Assembly (NCBI RefSeq): GCF_009914755.1
Contig: NC_060933.1
Source: the human T2T-CHM13v2.0 reference genome, Homo sapiens
DNA: 64,000 nucleotides
Direction: 5' to 3' (one strand)
Part shown: piece by piece, positions 28,990 through 49,012 of the stretch
How positions within the stretch are numbered: the stretch's first letter is position 1
Layout: every line of letters starts with the position of its first letter
Program-made: the position numbers and the translations under genes
Notes under the pieces: generated by a model
Databases searched by the model: none
What the model saw: the letters and a program-made list of their open reading frames with translations, nothing else
What the model was told of the DNA's origin: nothing

Positions 28990-29280
28990 TTTTTTTGAGA
29001 TGGGGTCTCACTCTGTTGCCCAGGCTGGAGTAGAGTGGCACAATCATGGCTTACTGCAGTTTTGAACTCCCAAGCTAAAGCAATCCTCCCACTTCAGCCT
29101 CTCGAGTAGCTGGGATTACAGGTACATGCCACCATACCTGGCTAATTTTTTGTATTTTTTGCAGAAATGGGGTTTCACCATGTTGCCCAGGCTGGTCTAC
29201 AACTCCTGGGTTTTAAGCAATCCACCCACCTTGGCCTGTCAAAGCGCTAGGATTACAAGCATAAGCCACCACACCCAGCC
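28990..29280 (-). mobile_element. Alu (AluJ-like)
   Basis: Reverse dimer, diverged. Confidence 0.88.
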
Positions 29281-30606
29281 TAAAGATTTTTATAATGATT
29301 TTTGCTTTTATCAGGTTAAATATGTGACTTAATATTTTTAAGGGGTACAATAAACTCCAGTATGAGACACAAAAGGCTTTAAAAATTAAGATAACGCATC
29401 ATGGGGCTCAAGAAGGATGATCTATATTTTGGAACCAGATGTTTTCCTACACCAATAAACTCTTTTCACGTTAGAAAAACCCTGAAAAAATCTGTAATTC
29501 CCAGTGCAGAAGATAAGGGTCACAACTCATAGTTGGTTCTAATAATAAACTAAACATTCTTTGTCACTTGGGTTTTCTCATCTACCTTCCCATTCTCCAA
29601 ACCCAGGTGTTCCTTATGGGGAATAAACAAAGAATCCATGAAAAATAGATAACTGCATTAAAAATTCAGGGATAGAGCCTTAATAACACATATATACTAG
29701 GTCCTAGGTATTACCCATTTCAGACTTTTTTTTTCCAGTTTTTGTTTTGAATCTAAAATTAACTCCTTTTTCCATGTATGCTGACAGAGAAAGAAACAGA
29801 AAAGTGAGGCAATAATTGAGAAAACTAAAGCAAAATGAGGAATTGCCTCTAAAATAAAATTTAGGAACAACTTACTCAGGTTTGTTTATTTAGTCTGTTT
29901 CTTCTTTAACCCACTGGGTTATTTCTCCATTTTCTACTCTTTTGCAAACAATACCTAACATACAATAACTTTTATATGTTTTCTTCATCCAGAACACTAA
30001 GCCCCCTAATGTGCTTAAACTCAAAATCTGTACCTTCACACTCTATCCCTCTGTTCTTCTTTGCCTGTATAATATCTATACTATAATATCTGGCCACCAG
30101 GGACAACTGAATATATGGCATTATCATCCAAATCACTTTGCCTTCCCGATTTTTCTATTTCTAGGTTTCTCTAGTCAATCTAGGCTTGTTTCCCATCACC
30201 CCTTCTTTTCTTTCTGATCCATAATCAGTCAGACAGGATATTCAGGCAAGTCTACTGGTGAAACAGCTCTGGATTTATCCCATTTCTAGTCTCACTGTAA
30301 CCAACATGTTTCAGGCCCTTATCACACAGTATCTTCCCGCATGGTCTCCTGACTCTAAAGTCCAATCTAGCTTACATAACACTCCTAGACAGCACTGCTT
30401 GAGTTCTCTTTGTCTAGCAAATTAAAACCTAATACCTTAGACCAGGATTCCAGTACCAACTCTCCACTAAGACTTCTGTACCAGAGACCTACTCATCTAT
30501 AAGATTCTCACCTTCTCATTTTTAAACATCCGTATTGCTCTTTTCCTTACTTCTTCCCGTCAAAAAAAATCCTACCGTCAAAAAAAATCCTACCAGTTCA
30601 AGGTTA

Positions 30607-31135
<529 letters not shown>

Positions 31136-31242
31136 AAACATTGAATTGTACACTAAAATTACACATTTGCATGCTTTACTGTATGCAAATAAATAAACCA
31201 AAACCAAAAGAAACAAATGAAAAACTATCCTCATGAAGCATT

Positions 31243-31745
31243 TGATGGGGTTCAGGACATGCTATCCCAAAATATGGCAACTCAATATTTGAGAAAATGG
31301 CAGAATCAGGAAGGTCACTCTCACCTTCTCTCCTGAAGCAGGTCATAAAACCTAGGAAAGATTTTCTGACCTTCCGCTGATGCAGGTCATAAGACCCTCA
31401 TTTAAGAGGTGCCCTCTCTATACACAGAGGAAAAGAACATCCTTAAGTCTGAATATGAAGGGTCACAGAGAAAAATCTGAGCAAACAGGCCTTGCTAAGT
31501 TCTTCCCAGTTTATTATTAGATCATACTGTTTTATCTAATTATGCTTCTCCATTACTATCCTCTTCCATATCATAACTAACAGAAAACATACACAGGTAT
31601 GTTTTATGAAGGCTCCTGTGTCAAGTAAAACTTACTAAATAAATTTCTATGTTGAAATTTCTCTTGATAGTTGGTCTTCTGTTAGAGAGACCTCAGCCAT
31701 GAATCTAGTGATAGGCGAGGAAAAGATAAATTTCCTCCCTTACAC
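31243..31745 (+). mobile_element. MER31-like ERV1 solo LTR
   Basis: 'tgatggggttcaggacatgctatcccaaaatatggca...aggaaggtcactctcacctt'; ends 'tcctcccttaca'. Confidence 0.65.
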
Positions 31746-33543
31746 CTCAGATCCACTAAACCAAATGAAATTGTTCATGCCTCTGAATCCCATAGCCCTT
31801 TGGCTGTGATACTATTTTTCCCTATGTTTATATTATCTAAAGCAGGACAGTGCATCAGAATCTCCTACAGAGGCTACAAAAATATAGATATGCCCTATTT
31901 AGTAGTAAAGTGACATAATGTCTGGAATTTGCTTTAATACACTACACCAAGGGCAATAGGTACATAAAGGCTCATTATACTATTCTACTCTTATGTACGT
32001 TTGAAATTTCCTATTAAAATACATTTGTTTTTTTTAAATACTCCAGGCAAAAGAAATGTTGGGAGGATAGGTGAAATAAAATCAGCTAAATGTTGATGCC
32101 ATTTAAACTGGGTGATGCATACAAGGAGTTTACTTTACTATTCTGTTTATTCTTTTATATCTTTGAAATCTTCCATAATAAAATGTTAAAAATATACATT
32201 AATATACACATACCCAAGTCCCAATCCTGGAGACTGAGGGGTGAGAACTACTGAGTTATCGAATTTTTTTTAAAAAAGCTCCACATGTGATTCTGATTTA
32301 TACCCCATTTGAGAAACACAGCTTTTCATTCTTTTAACAAATATTCACTGAGTATCCACCAAGCCCTGTACTAAGCAATAAAGATTTTATATTTAAGGAA
32401 TTTATAGACTAATGCAAGGCAAAAGCATTTCAACCAAACTACAAGGCATCATAACTGCCACAATAGGGGTTCATTCGAGATTCTATGGATGGAGACACTG
32501 GCTGCTCCAAATGTTCATGGTAAGTGAGTACTGCGTTTTCTTCATCTTTTCATCCCTATGATTCTTGGCATCACGTTCTTTACCCAGAAGCTCAAATGTG
32601 CTTCATGTTCAACTATATGACAGATACCGACTATCATAAAGAACTGGGTTTTTTTTTTTTTTTACCATAAATTCTATCTCCAAGGTCTTGTATTTCTCTC
32701 ATTTATTCATTTTAAAGATAAGTGAAGAGGAATATCCTATTAACAAAAGTTTCACAGGGAAAGGTGCCACAAACATAGTAGCAAACCTGCTCATAAATGT
32801 GAACCAAAATGAATACAAATGCAAGTAGCTGTTATCTTGGCCCTATTACAACCAATAGCAATTCAAAAATTGAGTGATCACTTGAGAGAGAGGAAGGAAG
32901 ATTAGGCACACTGCTCACTTACACATCCCCCACTCCACCCCTCAGGGTTTTAAGAGGAACAAAGAAGTTATCCTAAAGCTCTACGATCTATGATCTGCTT
33001 AACAGAAACGCAGGTACAGTAAAATTATATTTAAATTGTTCCTAGCATCTTAGATATTTACCTTAGGGATTAGAATTTTAGAGCATGAAAAACATCTTAA
33101 GGAGTTCAAATTTATAGTGCTACCTGAAGGTGAAACTCCAAGTCAATTTTTATTTAAATAAGCCATGCTTATATCAGACCTTTCCTTAAACAATTCAACA
33201 TACTTAAAAACAGACTGCCTATAGAACCCCCAGGCTGCTTTTAAGGAGTAATCCCTATCAGAACTAACCAATATGCTAAGCAATCTACAGAATGGAAAGG
33301 CTAGAAAGCATGGTTTCCTCAGATTCTAAAACAAATCTGGTTTGATGAATTCCTATTATGTGTTAAGAAATAGAATTAGACTATGTCAAAAGCATTTAAG
33401 ATTCCAAAAATTATCAACACAGTTCAAAAATACCATTTTAGAAAAAGTTTATAATAAAATAGTCCTAAACATAGCCTATCTAGTTAAAGAGGTCCTTTAA
33501 AAACATTGATTAGGAATTTTAGATTTAGATTTTTTTTCTTTAC

Positions 33544-33595
33544 CTGATCAAGGTGAGGTTGTGTTCCTGGCACATGCTGAAGTTTTTTCTGCAAA
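33544..33595 (-). pseudogene. ZNG1/CBWD exon 11
   Basis: tag|T TTG CAG... = (S)LQKKLQHVPGTQPHLDQ|gtaaag; 52 bp, phase-2 acceptor. Confidence 0.93.
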
Positions 33596-35327
33596 CTAAA
33601 AACAACTGATTAGAAATTCAGAGATTAATACACTTCTGATTTAACTTTATACGTTATTTAGTGACACAAGGATAATGAAGTGACTTTCCATAACTGACTA
33701 TTCTAATATTCTGTAATTCCAATTTTACAAGTTGTTTGCAAATTCCAATAGAGAAAAGCTGGCAGATTAAGTTTTTTTAAAATTTCTTAAAAAAAACACA
33801 CATTCATATATATACATATGCACAGAATAAAGAGAAAAACTAGTCTTTTAGCAACACTATTTTGTATGGTTAAATATGTCAGTAAATTTCTTTACCATTC
33901 CAACAGGTTTAATACAAACTTAAATATATATATAACCATTCTAGTATTGCTTAGAGTTCCTTAACTTTCTCCTGCTTCCTAATATGAAAATAATGCTGGC
34001 ACCTAAAGAAAGTTGAAAGGATAAATTTTCCTTTATCAATGTTTTCCCTTGAACTTATTAAAAAAGAAATAGTATCCATAAATATAAATTTTCTATATAG
34101 TCAGTTACCAATTGAGAGAAAAAGAAAGTCAGAATGTTAAAAATGCATTGTTCTGATATGAAAAGCACAAGAAGATCAACATGGCATAACAAATTACAAC
34201 CATAATAACTGTAGCATACATTTCAACACTGATGGGGACAGGACGGGAGGGGGAAAGGACTTAAAACCTTGCAGATGCTTTGCCTTGAAAACAGTGAGGG
34301 GTAAATTAGTAACAGCAAGTTTAGGAAAGAGAAAGAACTTGTAGGAACTATTGGAGGGAATGAGTCTCTTTGGGGGGTCCTAGTAGGGAGAATGTCAAAT
34401 TAAATCCTTCCCAACTGGTTGCTCAGGAAAAGATTCTCCTGTTTAGCAGTTAAGCACACACAAAAAAGTCATGCAACGGCCTTCCCTATAGTGGTGAGAT
34501 CACATTAAAAAGCTACTTCAAGTGTCACTAAAGCATTATAACTGCTCTTAAGTGTATGTAGAATGAGATTACTTTAGAAAAACATTTTGAAAAATCATAT
34601 GCTTTTCCCATATGTTCAGTATTTAATGTTGTTGGACAATGACTGCCTAAAACTTCATACGCAGCAAAAAAAAAAAAAAAAAAATCTAACAACGAACATT
34701 TAAGTTTAGTTCCCATAAGTCTCAGAATTTCATGCCCTCGATTTTTTCCCTATCATACACATTTTTAAAAGACTAATCTAGTGGATAAGGATATGCTATC
34801 AAAACCTGAAACTCATGAATCGGAAATCATCTTGCACATTAACTTGTAATCTTATAACAATTTTTGTCTCTGCACACATAAAATGTAAATTCTGCACACA
34901 TAAAATGTAAAAAATCTCAAACAGTTTAGTGTTTTGTATATTTAAATCATTATGTTCTATAACAAACAATAATTTAGGTATTGTCAGTAAGATGGAATTA
35001 GCAACATTTCTATTTCTCCCAAGTAAAAATATAGAATGATATAAAGAACTGGATGCCTTGATGAAAGTACCTGTATTACAGCAAATTATAGCAAAAGACA
35101 GAAGTAGAAAGGAAAAACAAAAATTGATATACTGAATATAGAGGTGGGAAATGATTGCATACTATAATTCTTATTAGTGAAATAAAGCAGTAAAGGATAC
35201 AATATGTAAAGGGAAAAAATAAAATTTCAACTAAAAAATATTCTAGTGTTTAACATATTAAATGACAACCAACTTGTAAGCTCTTGGACCCAACAGAGAT
35301 AAATTAGTTTAAGAAAGGCAAATTTTG

Positions 35328-35952
35328 CTGGGTTCAGTGGCTCAGGCTTATAATCCCAGCACTTTGAGAGGCCAAGTAGGAGAATCACTTGAGGCCAGGA
35401 GTTCAAGATGAGCCTGAGCAACGTAGCGAGAGCCTGTCACTACAAAAAAGTAAAAATAAAAAAATTAGCCAGGCATGGGTGCAAGCCTGTAGTCCCAGCT
35501 ACTCAGGAGGCTGAGATGGGAGGATCACTTGAGTCCAGGAGTTCACGACTGCAGAGAGCCATGATAGCCACTGCATTCCAGCCCAGGTGTCAGAGTGAGA
35601 CTCTGTCTCAATAAAATAAAATAATTAAATAAATATAAAAAAAAGAAAAGGCCAAGTGTGGTGGCTCATGCCTATAATCCCATTACTTTGGGAGGCTGAG
35701 GTGGGCAGATCACTTAAGCCCAGGAGTTTAAGATCAGCTTCGGCAACATGGCAAAACCTCATCTTCTACCAAAATAAAAAATTAGCCAGGCATGGTAGTG
35801 CGTGCCTATAGTCCCAGCTACTCATGAGTCTGAGGTGGGAAGATGGCTTAAGCCCAGGACACAGAGGCTATAGGGAGCTGACATCGCACCACTGCACTCT
35901 AGCCTGGGCAATAGACCCAGACCCTGTCTCCAAGGGGAAGAAAAAAAAAAAG
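35328..35952 (+). mobile_element. Two tandem Alus (AluJ-like)
   Basis: Dimers at about 35328-35640 and 35650-35952. Confidence 0.88.
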
Positions 35953-37179
35953 AAAGGCAAATTTCATGCAGCATTGTTTCATTTGTTCCCCTTGTAAACA
36001 CATTTAAATGTATCACAGGATCTGTAACTATCAAAACTGCCCACAGCATCAAATTAAAAATACAGTTCTAATCCAGACACGGAGGATGAAAGGGATCATG
36101 GCTAACTAGTGAACAGCACTGATAGTCAAATGAAGGGCTGGAACCTTGAAGTAAAAAGAAGAAAAGGATCATCGAGAGGAAAGTTAGGATGGGCTAGACT
36201 TCTGGTTATTTCAGAAATGGGTAGCAAAAGACAAAGGCTCTTAACCTCCCAGAATTAGGTGACAACCTCAGCCAATCTATCTCCCTAGTAAAGCCAGAAA
36301 TAAGATGGGAAAAAAAGACCATTTTTAAATGAACAAACCAAATTTATGCTTAGGGCTGTATTCGCTTAATGGAGGAACAGTTATTTCAAAATTAGTAAAA
36401 CAAAAACTTTATATGAAAAAACATAGTATAATTCTGAATGATTTTCATACAATCATTATCAAGCATAAGTGATACTGGATACCTGAAGCTGACATGAGGG
36501 AAAAAGGCTCAGGGAGATTTCACAACTTTGTACAGCAGTGGCTTGAAAGGTTATAACTATATTTACCATAAAACAAGAAGTAGTCATTTTTACCTTACAC
36601 AATTTATAAGAATTTTTAGAAAAATAGAAATAACTCACATGTAATTCAGGTATACCAAACTTTCCTGCCTTCCTACTAAATGGAACTAGAAAAGCAAAAT
36701 GCTGATTTTTTCCAGGTACTCCAAAAATACCTTTATAATTTTAACTGTAATTTGTTTAGTCTAAAAAGGTACTGCTCCAATACCAGAAGCTACAGGTGAA
36801 AAACATATCTCTCAACTGAAGACAACTTCTTGAATAACTGTGTCACTGACAAGTTTACTCTCTGAGCTTCAGTTTCCAAACTGAGAAGGAGGAATAACTG
36901 CCCTGCCTGTCCCACACTTCTGGCTGCTGAAATAATCTCAATCAATTTCTTTTTTCTTTATTTTTTTTTTTTACAAACTACATGCAAATTTAATTTTTCC
37001 AATTCATAAAGTAAAAGGGGTCCAATAAAACACTATCATGTCCTACCTCACAGGTTACTGTAGGTATTGTTTTCAAAATGTGAACAATACCACAGACTGA
37101 AGGTGGAAAAAAAAACTAGTTGAAAGTATAATTAGTTTTTAAGGGCATGGCTAAGGCAAAATTAGAAATACATATATAA

Positions 37180-38110
<931 letters not shown>

Positions 38111-38405
38111 GATACCGATGCACAAGAATAACTAATCTTTCTTCTCTCCCTTACCAAAAAGATTCCCCACAGGAGAAGGCAGAAAACTAATCCATTATTA
38201 AAGTGAAGAGAGGAGAGAGGAGCCAAGATGGCCGAATAGGAACAGCTCCGGTCTACAGCTCCCAGCGTGAGAGATGCAGAAGACAGGCGATTTCTCCATT
38301 TCCATCTGAGGTACCGGGTTCATCTCACTAGGGAGTGCCAGACAGTGGGCGCAGGTCAGTGGGTGCGTGCTCCATCCGCGAGCCGAAGCAGGGCGAGGCA
38401 TTGTC

Positions 38406-38663
38406 TCACTTGGGAAGCACGGGGGTCAGGGAGTTCCCTTTCCTAGTCAAAGAAAGGGGTGACAGACGGCACCTGGAAGATTGGGTCACTCCCACCAGAA
38501 TACTGCGCTTTTCCGACGGGCTTGAAAAACGGCGCACCAGGAGATTGTGTCCCACACCTGGCTCGGAGGGTCCCACGCCCACGGAGTCTCGCTGATTGCT
38601 AGCACAGCAGTCTGCGATCAAACTGCAAGGCGGCAGCGAGGCTGGGGGAGGGGCGCCCGCCAT
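38406..38663 (-). CDS. L1 ORF0 (antisense 5' UTR ORF), 85 aa
   Basis: ATG at 38663: MAGAPPPASLPPCSLIADCCASNQRDSVGVGPSEPGVG..., the primate L1 ORF0 sequence. Expression not shown. Confidence 0.7.
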   Translation of the reverse strand: MAGAPPPASLPPCSLIADCCASNQRDSVGVGPSEPGVGHNLLVRRFSSPSEKRSILVGVTQSSRCRLSPLSLTRKGNSLTPVLPK

Positions 38664-39133
38664 TGCCCAGGCTTGCTTAGGTAAACAAAGCAGCCAGGAA
38701 GCTCCAACTGGGTGGAGCCCACCACAGCTCAAGGAAGCCTGCCTGCCTCTGTAGGCTCCACCTCTGGGGGCAGGGCACAGACACACAAAAAGACAGCAGT
38801 AACCTCCGCAGACTTAAGTGTCCCTGTCTGACAGCTTGGAAGAGAGCAGTGGTTCTCCCAGCACACAGCTGGAGATCTGAGAACGGGCAGACTGCCTCCT
38901 CAAGTGGGTCCCTGACCCCTGACCCCCTGGGAGGTCACCCCCTGGGAGGTAACTGGGAGGCACCCCCTAGCAGAGGCAGGCTGACACCTCACACGGCCGG
39001 GTACTCCAACAGACCTGCAGCTGAAGGTCCTGTCTGTTAGAAGGAAAACTAACAAACAGAAAGGACATCCACACCAAAAACCCATCTGTACATCACCATC
39101 ATCAAAGACCAAAAGTAGATGAAAACTGCAAAG

Positions 39134-40177
39134 ATGGGGAAAAAACAGAGCAGAAAACCTGGAAACTCTAAAAAGCAGAGCGCCTCTCCTCCTCCAAAGG
39201 AACGCAGCGCCTCTCCTCCTCCAAAGAAACGCAGCTCCTCACCAACAACAGAACAAAGCTGGACGGAGAATGACTTTGACGAGCTGAGAAAAGAAGGCTT
39301 CAGACGATCAAATTACTCCAAGCTACGGGAGGACATTCAAACCAAAGGCAAAGAAGTTGAAAACTTTGAAAAAAGTTTTGAAGAATGTATAACTAGAATA
39401 ACCAATACAGAGAAGTGCTTAAAGGAGCTGATGGAGCTGAAAACCAAGGCTCGAGAACTACGTGAAGAATGCAGAAGCCTCAGGAGCCGATGCGATCAAC
39501 TGGAAGAAAGGGTATCAGCGATGGAAGATGAAATGAATGAAATGAAGCAAGAAGGGAAGTTTAGAGAAAAAAGAATAAAAAGAAACAAACAAAGCCTCCA
39601 AGAAATATGGGACTATGTGAAAAGACCAAATCTACGTCTGATTGGTGTACCTGAAAGTGACGGGGAGAATGGAACCAAGTTGGAAAACACTCTGCAGGAT
39701 ATCATCCAGGAGAACTTCCCCAATCTAGCAAGGCAGGCCAACATTCAGATTCAGGAAATACAGAGAATGCCACAAAGATACTCCTCGAGAAGAGCAACTC
39801 CAAGACACATAATTGTCAGATTCACCGAAGTTGAAATGAAGGGAAAAATGTTAAGGGCAGCCAGAGAGAAAGGTCGGGTTACCCTCAAAGGGAAGCCCAT
39901 CAGACTAACAGCGGATCTCTTGGCAGAAACTCTACAAGCCAGAAGAGAGTGGGGGCCAATATTCAACATTCTTAAAGAAAAGAATTTTCAACCCAGAATT
40001 TCATATCCAGCCAAACTAAGCTTCATAAGTGAAGGAGAAATAAAATACTTTACAGACAAGCAAATGCTGAGAGATTTTGTCACCACCAGGCTTGCCCTAA
40101 AAGAGCTCCTGAAGGAAGCGCTAAACATGGAAAGGAATAACTGGTACCAGCCGCTGCAAAATCATGCCAAAATGTAA
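39134..40177 (+). CDS. L1 ORF1p, open (347 aa from MGKKQ; an extra in-frame ATG lies at 39119)
   Basis: Coiled coil plus REKG, ARREW and YPAKLS motifs intact; 9-aa N-terminal duplication. Confidence 0.9.
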   Translation: MGKKQSRKPGNSKKQSASPPPKERSASPPPKKRSSSPTTEQSWTENDFDELRKEGFRRSNYSKLREDIQTKGKEVENFEKSFEECITRITNTEKCLKELMELKTKARELREECRSLRSRCDQLEERVSAMEDEMNEMKQEGKFREKRIKRNKQSLQEIWDYVKRPNLRLIGVPESDGENGTKLENTLQDIIQENFPNLARQANIQIQEIQRMPQRYSSRRATPRHIIVRFTEVEMKGKMLRAAREKGRVTLKGKPIRLTADLLAETLQARREWGPIFNILKEKNFQPRISYPAKLSFISEGEIKYFTDKQMLRDFVTTRLALKELLKEALNMERNNWYQPLQNHAKM

Positions 40178-40225
40178 AGACCATCGAGACTAGGAAGAAA
40201 CTGCATCAACTAACGAGCAAAATAA

Positions 40226-44069
<3,844 letters not shown>

Positions 44070-44680
44070 ACAATGAGAACACATGGACACAGGAAGGGGA
44101 ACATCACACTCTGGGGACTGTTGTGGGTTGGGGGGAGGGGGGAGGGATAGCATTGGGAGATATAACTAATGCTAGATGACGAGTTAGTGGGTGCAGCCCA
44201 CCAGCATGGCACATGTATACATATGTAACTAACCTGCACATTGTGCACATGTACCCTAAACCTTAAAGTATAATAATAATAAATAAATAAATTTAAAAAA
44301 AAACTCAAGAAAAAATAAAAAATAAAAAAATAAAGTGAAGAGAGTTATTTGTGTGAAAACGCTAAGCTAAAATTTTCCATGTATTTCATGCATTTTCTCA
44401 TAGAAAGAGTATTAGACATAGTGTTTGGTGTAGAAGTGTTAACGATTAGCCTCTAAAGTTAACTATCATTTACACTATAATTTCTACAGGAAAATGCAAT
44501 ATGATTTCCAAACAACCAATTAGTAAAACTTCCAAGAATATACCTCATTAAGAATGGTCTTGTATGCCAAAGGAATGGCAGGAAGCTTAAATCATGGATG
44601 CAATTGTGCAAATCATTCCTGTTAACTATGGGGAAAAAAGGTACATAACAATAAAAGTAACCAAATTATACAAAACATAC

Positions 44681-44737
44681 CTTATTCCAGAGAGACTATC
44701 AAAGGCATGAAGATCTAATACATTAGAGAGATCAACT
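44681..44737 (-). pseudogene. ZNG1/CBWD exon 10
   Basis: tag|(R)VDLSNVLDLHAFDSLSGI(S)|gtatgt; 57 bp. Confidence 0.93.
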
Positions 44738-45477
44738 CTAAAAGGAAGAAAACTAACGTGAGCAGTTGGAAATTCTGTGAAATACATCCAATTAATCAAG
44801 AAAAAAAAACTCTGACTCTTAAAAAATTTTATACATAAAATTCATAGAAGTGGGCAAATGGTGTAAGATTTGAATCACAGTTGAATCAAGATTGAAAATT
44901 ATTTGGTTATTACTTCAATGAATTAGGTTTTTTTTAAACTTCCAATTATCTTTTCAATCCTGAAATTTATGAGCTTTTCAAATACATTTTTATAGCTAAA
45001 AAATCAGCTAAAGAACAGAAACTTTTCCAAGCAGCTTATTACTCAAAAGATGAAACAAAAGAAATGACAAATAGAATTAACAAATAGGTACATTCCAGAT
45101 ACCTCTGCAATTTTTGTATTTCTTTTATACCCCCTCCCTTGATATAACATTTAATATAAAAATGAGGAGTCAAATAACCAATGTACAAAATATTAGGTTA
45201 CTCTAGGACCCTGATCTTCACGTGATTTGATTTCATTCATTCAGAATGGGGCTGCATGTAGAAAGAAAATTCCCACCATCCGAATAGACATTATTTCTCT
45301 TAGAATTATTTAATGATAATTAAACTCATTTAATTGAATCCAATGATTCAAATCAGGTGAGAATAAATAACATATCACAATTAGCATTAGGTTTGGTTTA
45401 AATATAAAAAAGCAAATTTATAAAGACTGGTGATTGAGTTATAATTTTAACATAAGCCCAGAAAACCACAGAGGACA

Positions 45478-45779
<302 letters not shown>

Positions 45780-46348
45780 ACAGCAGAGGACAGTGATTTC
45801 TCATAATCAAAGCTAAGGTGAAGAAATATTTAAAGAAAATGACAAATGTATAATTTCAAATTTAGATTCCAGAAGCTTGCCAAACATTTGTTAAATTTTC
45901 TTACAAGGAAAAAAAACATCATTGGTCAGATTCAAGATTTTTTTTTCTTTAATGCACAAACATATAAGAAAAAACATCTCCTTTATCTTAGGACTGACCA
46001 ACTGTGCCTGCTTTCTTTATTCTCAACAGTCTATCACATACTCGTACTCGTGGCAACAATACTGTGTTAGATTACGAATACTTGTCTTGGCAAAAGAGAG
46101 ACAAATTCCCATCTTATTACTCCAAAGTTCTATGTTAGTAGACTATAACAGCAACTCAAATTCTGGGCATTTTAGATGTACAGAATTAGAAAAATGATCA
46201 AGCAAAGAAGCAAATGTTCTATGAAGAAATTTTTGAATATCAGTTTACACTAAAAGGCCAAAGTCTTAATATTAAACATATTTCCTTTTTCACCCCCCAC
46301 CCCTCCCCCCACTACTGAGCATATTTATATTGACAGGTCACAAACAAG

Positions 46349-46670
46349 GGGCACGGGGGCTCCACTTTGGGAGGCCAAGGTGGGCGGATCACTTTGAGGC
46401 CAGGAGTTTGACACCAACCTGGCCAATGTGGCGAAACCGTCTCTACTAAAAATACAAAAATTAGCTGGGTGTGGTGGTGCACACCTGTAATCCCAGCTAC
46501 TCGGAGGGTGAAGCAGGAGAATCGCTTGAACCCAGGAGGCAGAGGTTTCAGTGAGCCGAGATCGCACCACCGCACTCCAACTTGGGGGACACAGTGAGAT
46601 TCTGTCTCAAACCAGAGTGAGATTCTGTCTCAAAAAGATAAAAATAAATAAAAATAAAAATAAAAATAAA
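46349..46670 (+). mobile_element. Alu (AluS) with duplicated 3' end
   Basis: 'agtgagattctgtctcaaa' occurs twice before the tail. Confidence 0.88.
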
Positions 46671-48650
46671 CCAAATGAATGAAGTTTCCCTCCAAGTTTG
46701 TCATCTTCATCTTAGGAAATAGCTTAAAGTTTAATAAAGTTTACACATGCCAATTTTGTGAATATCAAATTCAACAGTTTGGAAACACAAGCTTCTAAAT
46801 AAACTGTTTCACTGTGACAGTGTCCTTGAGAATACATGCCATCCAGAGGTAATTCTGCTTTATACTCAGATTCTTTCCATACTTCCAAAAAAGGATCAAT
46901 ATTAGACCTGTACAACAAATTACACTCTTTTACAGAAAATAATAAAATATCCAAGTCTCTCACCAAATTTTCAAAAAAGAGGAAAAGTGTAAGCTTCCAG
47001 ATGAAAGTTTCTATAGCTTTCCCCAAATTTAGTACCACCATGAAAAAGAAATTCTTCACTCATTCAAGGCATACGACTAGAAAACTAATTTCCATGGCAT
47101 CAAATTAATTTCCTCCTTTGGAGATAAAACCATGAGATCTTTTCCAAAGCATTAAAATCGCCAAGAAAAAAAAAAAAGAAAAAAAAGACCATTACCAGCA
47201 TTTTAAAACTGAGTAAGAGAATGAAGTAAACAAAAAAGGGAAAGAAAAAGCTTCAAAAGTTCATTTTTCTCCTAATTTCTTGAACTCTCTATTCCAGAAG
47301 TACCTAATGTTTTTCTTAAAAGAGAGGCTTTCAATTTTTCCCTATGTCTAAAGGCTGCTTTAAGTAGCTTAAGACCAAGGACAGGAGAGTGAAAACGAAG
47401 AGGGTTTTGGCTCTCCAAGGTGGGGGTGGAATTGCAGCTACTGCTTAGGGATATTTTCCAGTGGTCATCTCTTCAAACTCCAGTGAGTCTCACAAACAGG
47501 GTGCACCAGCCAATCCAAGTATCCAGTATCTACAATGCAAACTGTAGATACTATCCAAATTGACAGTAGATAGCTCAGTAAATAGCTGAGCAAACTGCAA
47601 TGATAGCTCAGTCTTCAACTCTGGAAATAAATTTCCAAAAGCCTTCCCCAGTGGCAATTCAAACTCAAAAACGTTTACAAAACTAATCACATTTTCCAAA
47701 CCTGCTTCCACCACTACCCGACCTGTTGCTCCTCCTTCCTGTATTTCCTATACCTCGGAGATTAGCCTCACATTGAATCTACCTCCCAAGAGTCATTTTG
47801 CTTTTAAAATCCTTCACTAACTCCTTGCTCCCTACAGAAGAAAATCCAAACTATGTATCATGGCATTCAAGACCCTTTGTGGTAAGTTCTCTATCTCTTC
47901 AGTCATACCACTTTTTCTGTGCTACATAATACCAAGTTTTCTAGCCATTCTAAAATATTCAAAGGTCCCTGGAATACAAAATCTTCCTTATACCTGGAAA
48001 GTTATCCCTACCCTACTCCATCTGTAAAAACCTTATTCATTCTTTAAGACTCAGGTCAATGACTGCCTTCTCGGTCAATATTTTCCTGACTCTTTTTCAA
48101 GGAAAGTTGAGCAATCATTCCCTCTATTTTCCTATTATTATAGAACTCTGTGCTTTTAAAATTCTTGTATTAATATTAATATCTATTATGTTGCCTTTTT
48201 GTTTGTTTGCTTCTGTTTCCCCCCAATGACTGATCTCCTTAAAGGCAGAGTTTTCGCCTTATCCATTGCTTATATAGTCCTTAAAATGCTATGAAATGCA
48301 TAGCAGGCAGTTTGTCAAATTAATTTAACTTATTATTGACCAGCTGTGTTTTGGTTTTCCTCTGTTCAGTCCACTTACATTTCTAAAAATTAAGAAAAAG
48401 TCTAGAGAAGATTAAAATGACACATCTTCTAACCTGTTACTCCTACTTCTGAAATCTATGTGGTTCACTAGTACTTCCATTTGCTACTAAATCAACTTAA
48501 GTCTTACCACTAAGACGATGCTACACACTATTCCTTTTCCTTACTCTTAACTACTCAAGGTGAGCCTTTTTCTACACATGCTTATAGCAGTTTATTGTCA
48601 GTACTTGTCAGCTACAAAATGGTAAAAAAATTTTAAAAAACAAAAAATAA

Positions 48651-49012
<362 letters not shown>

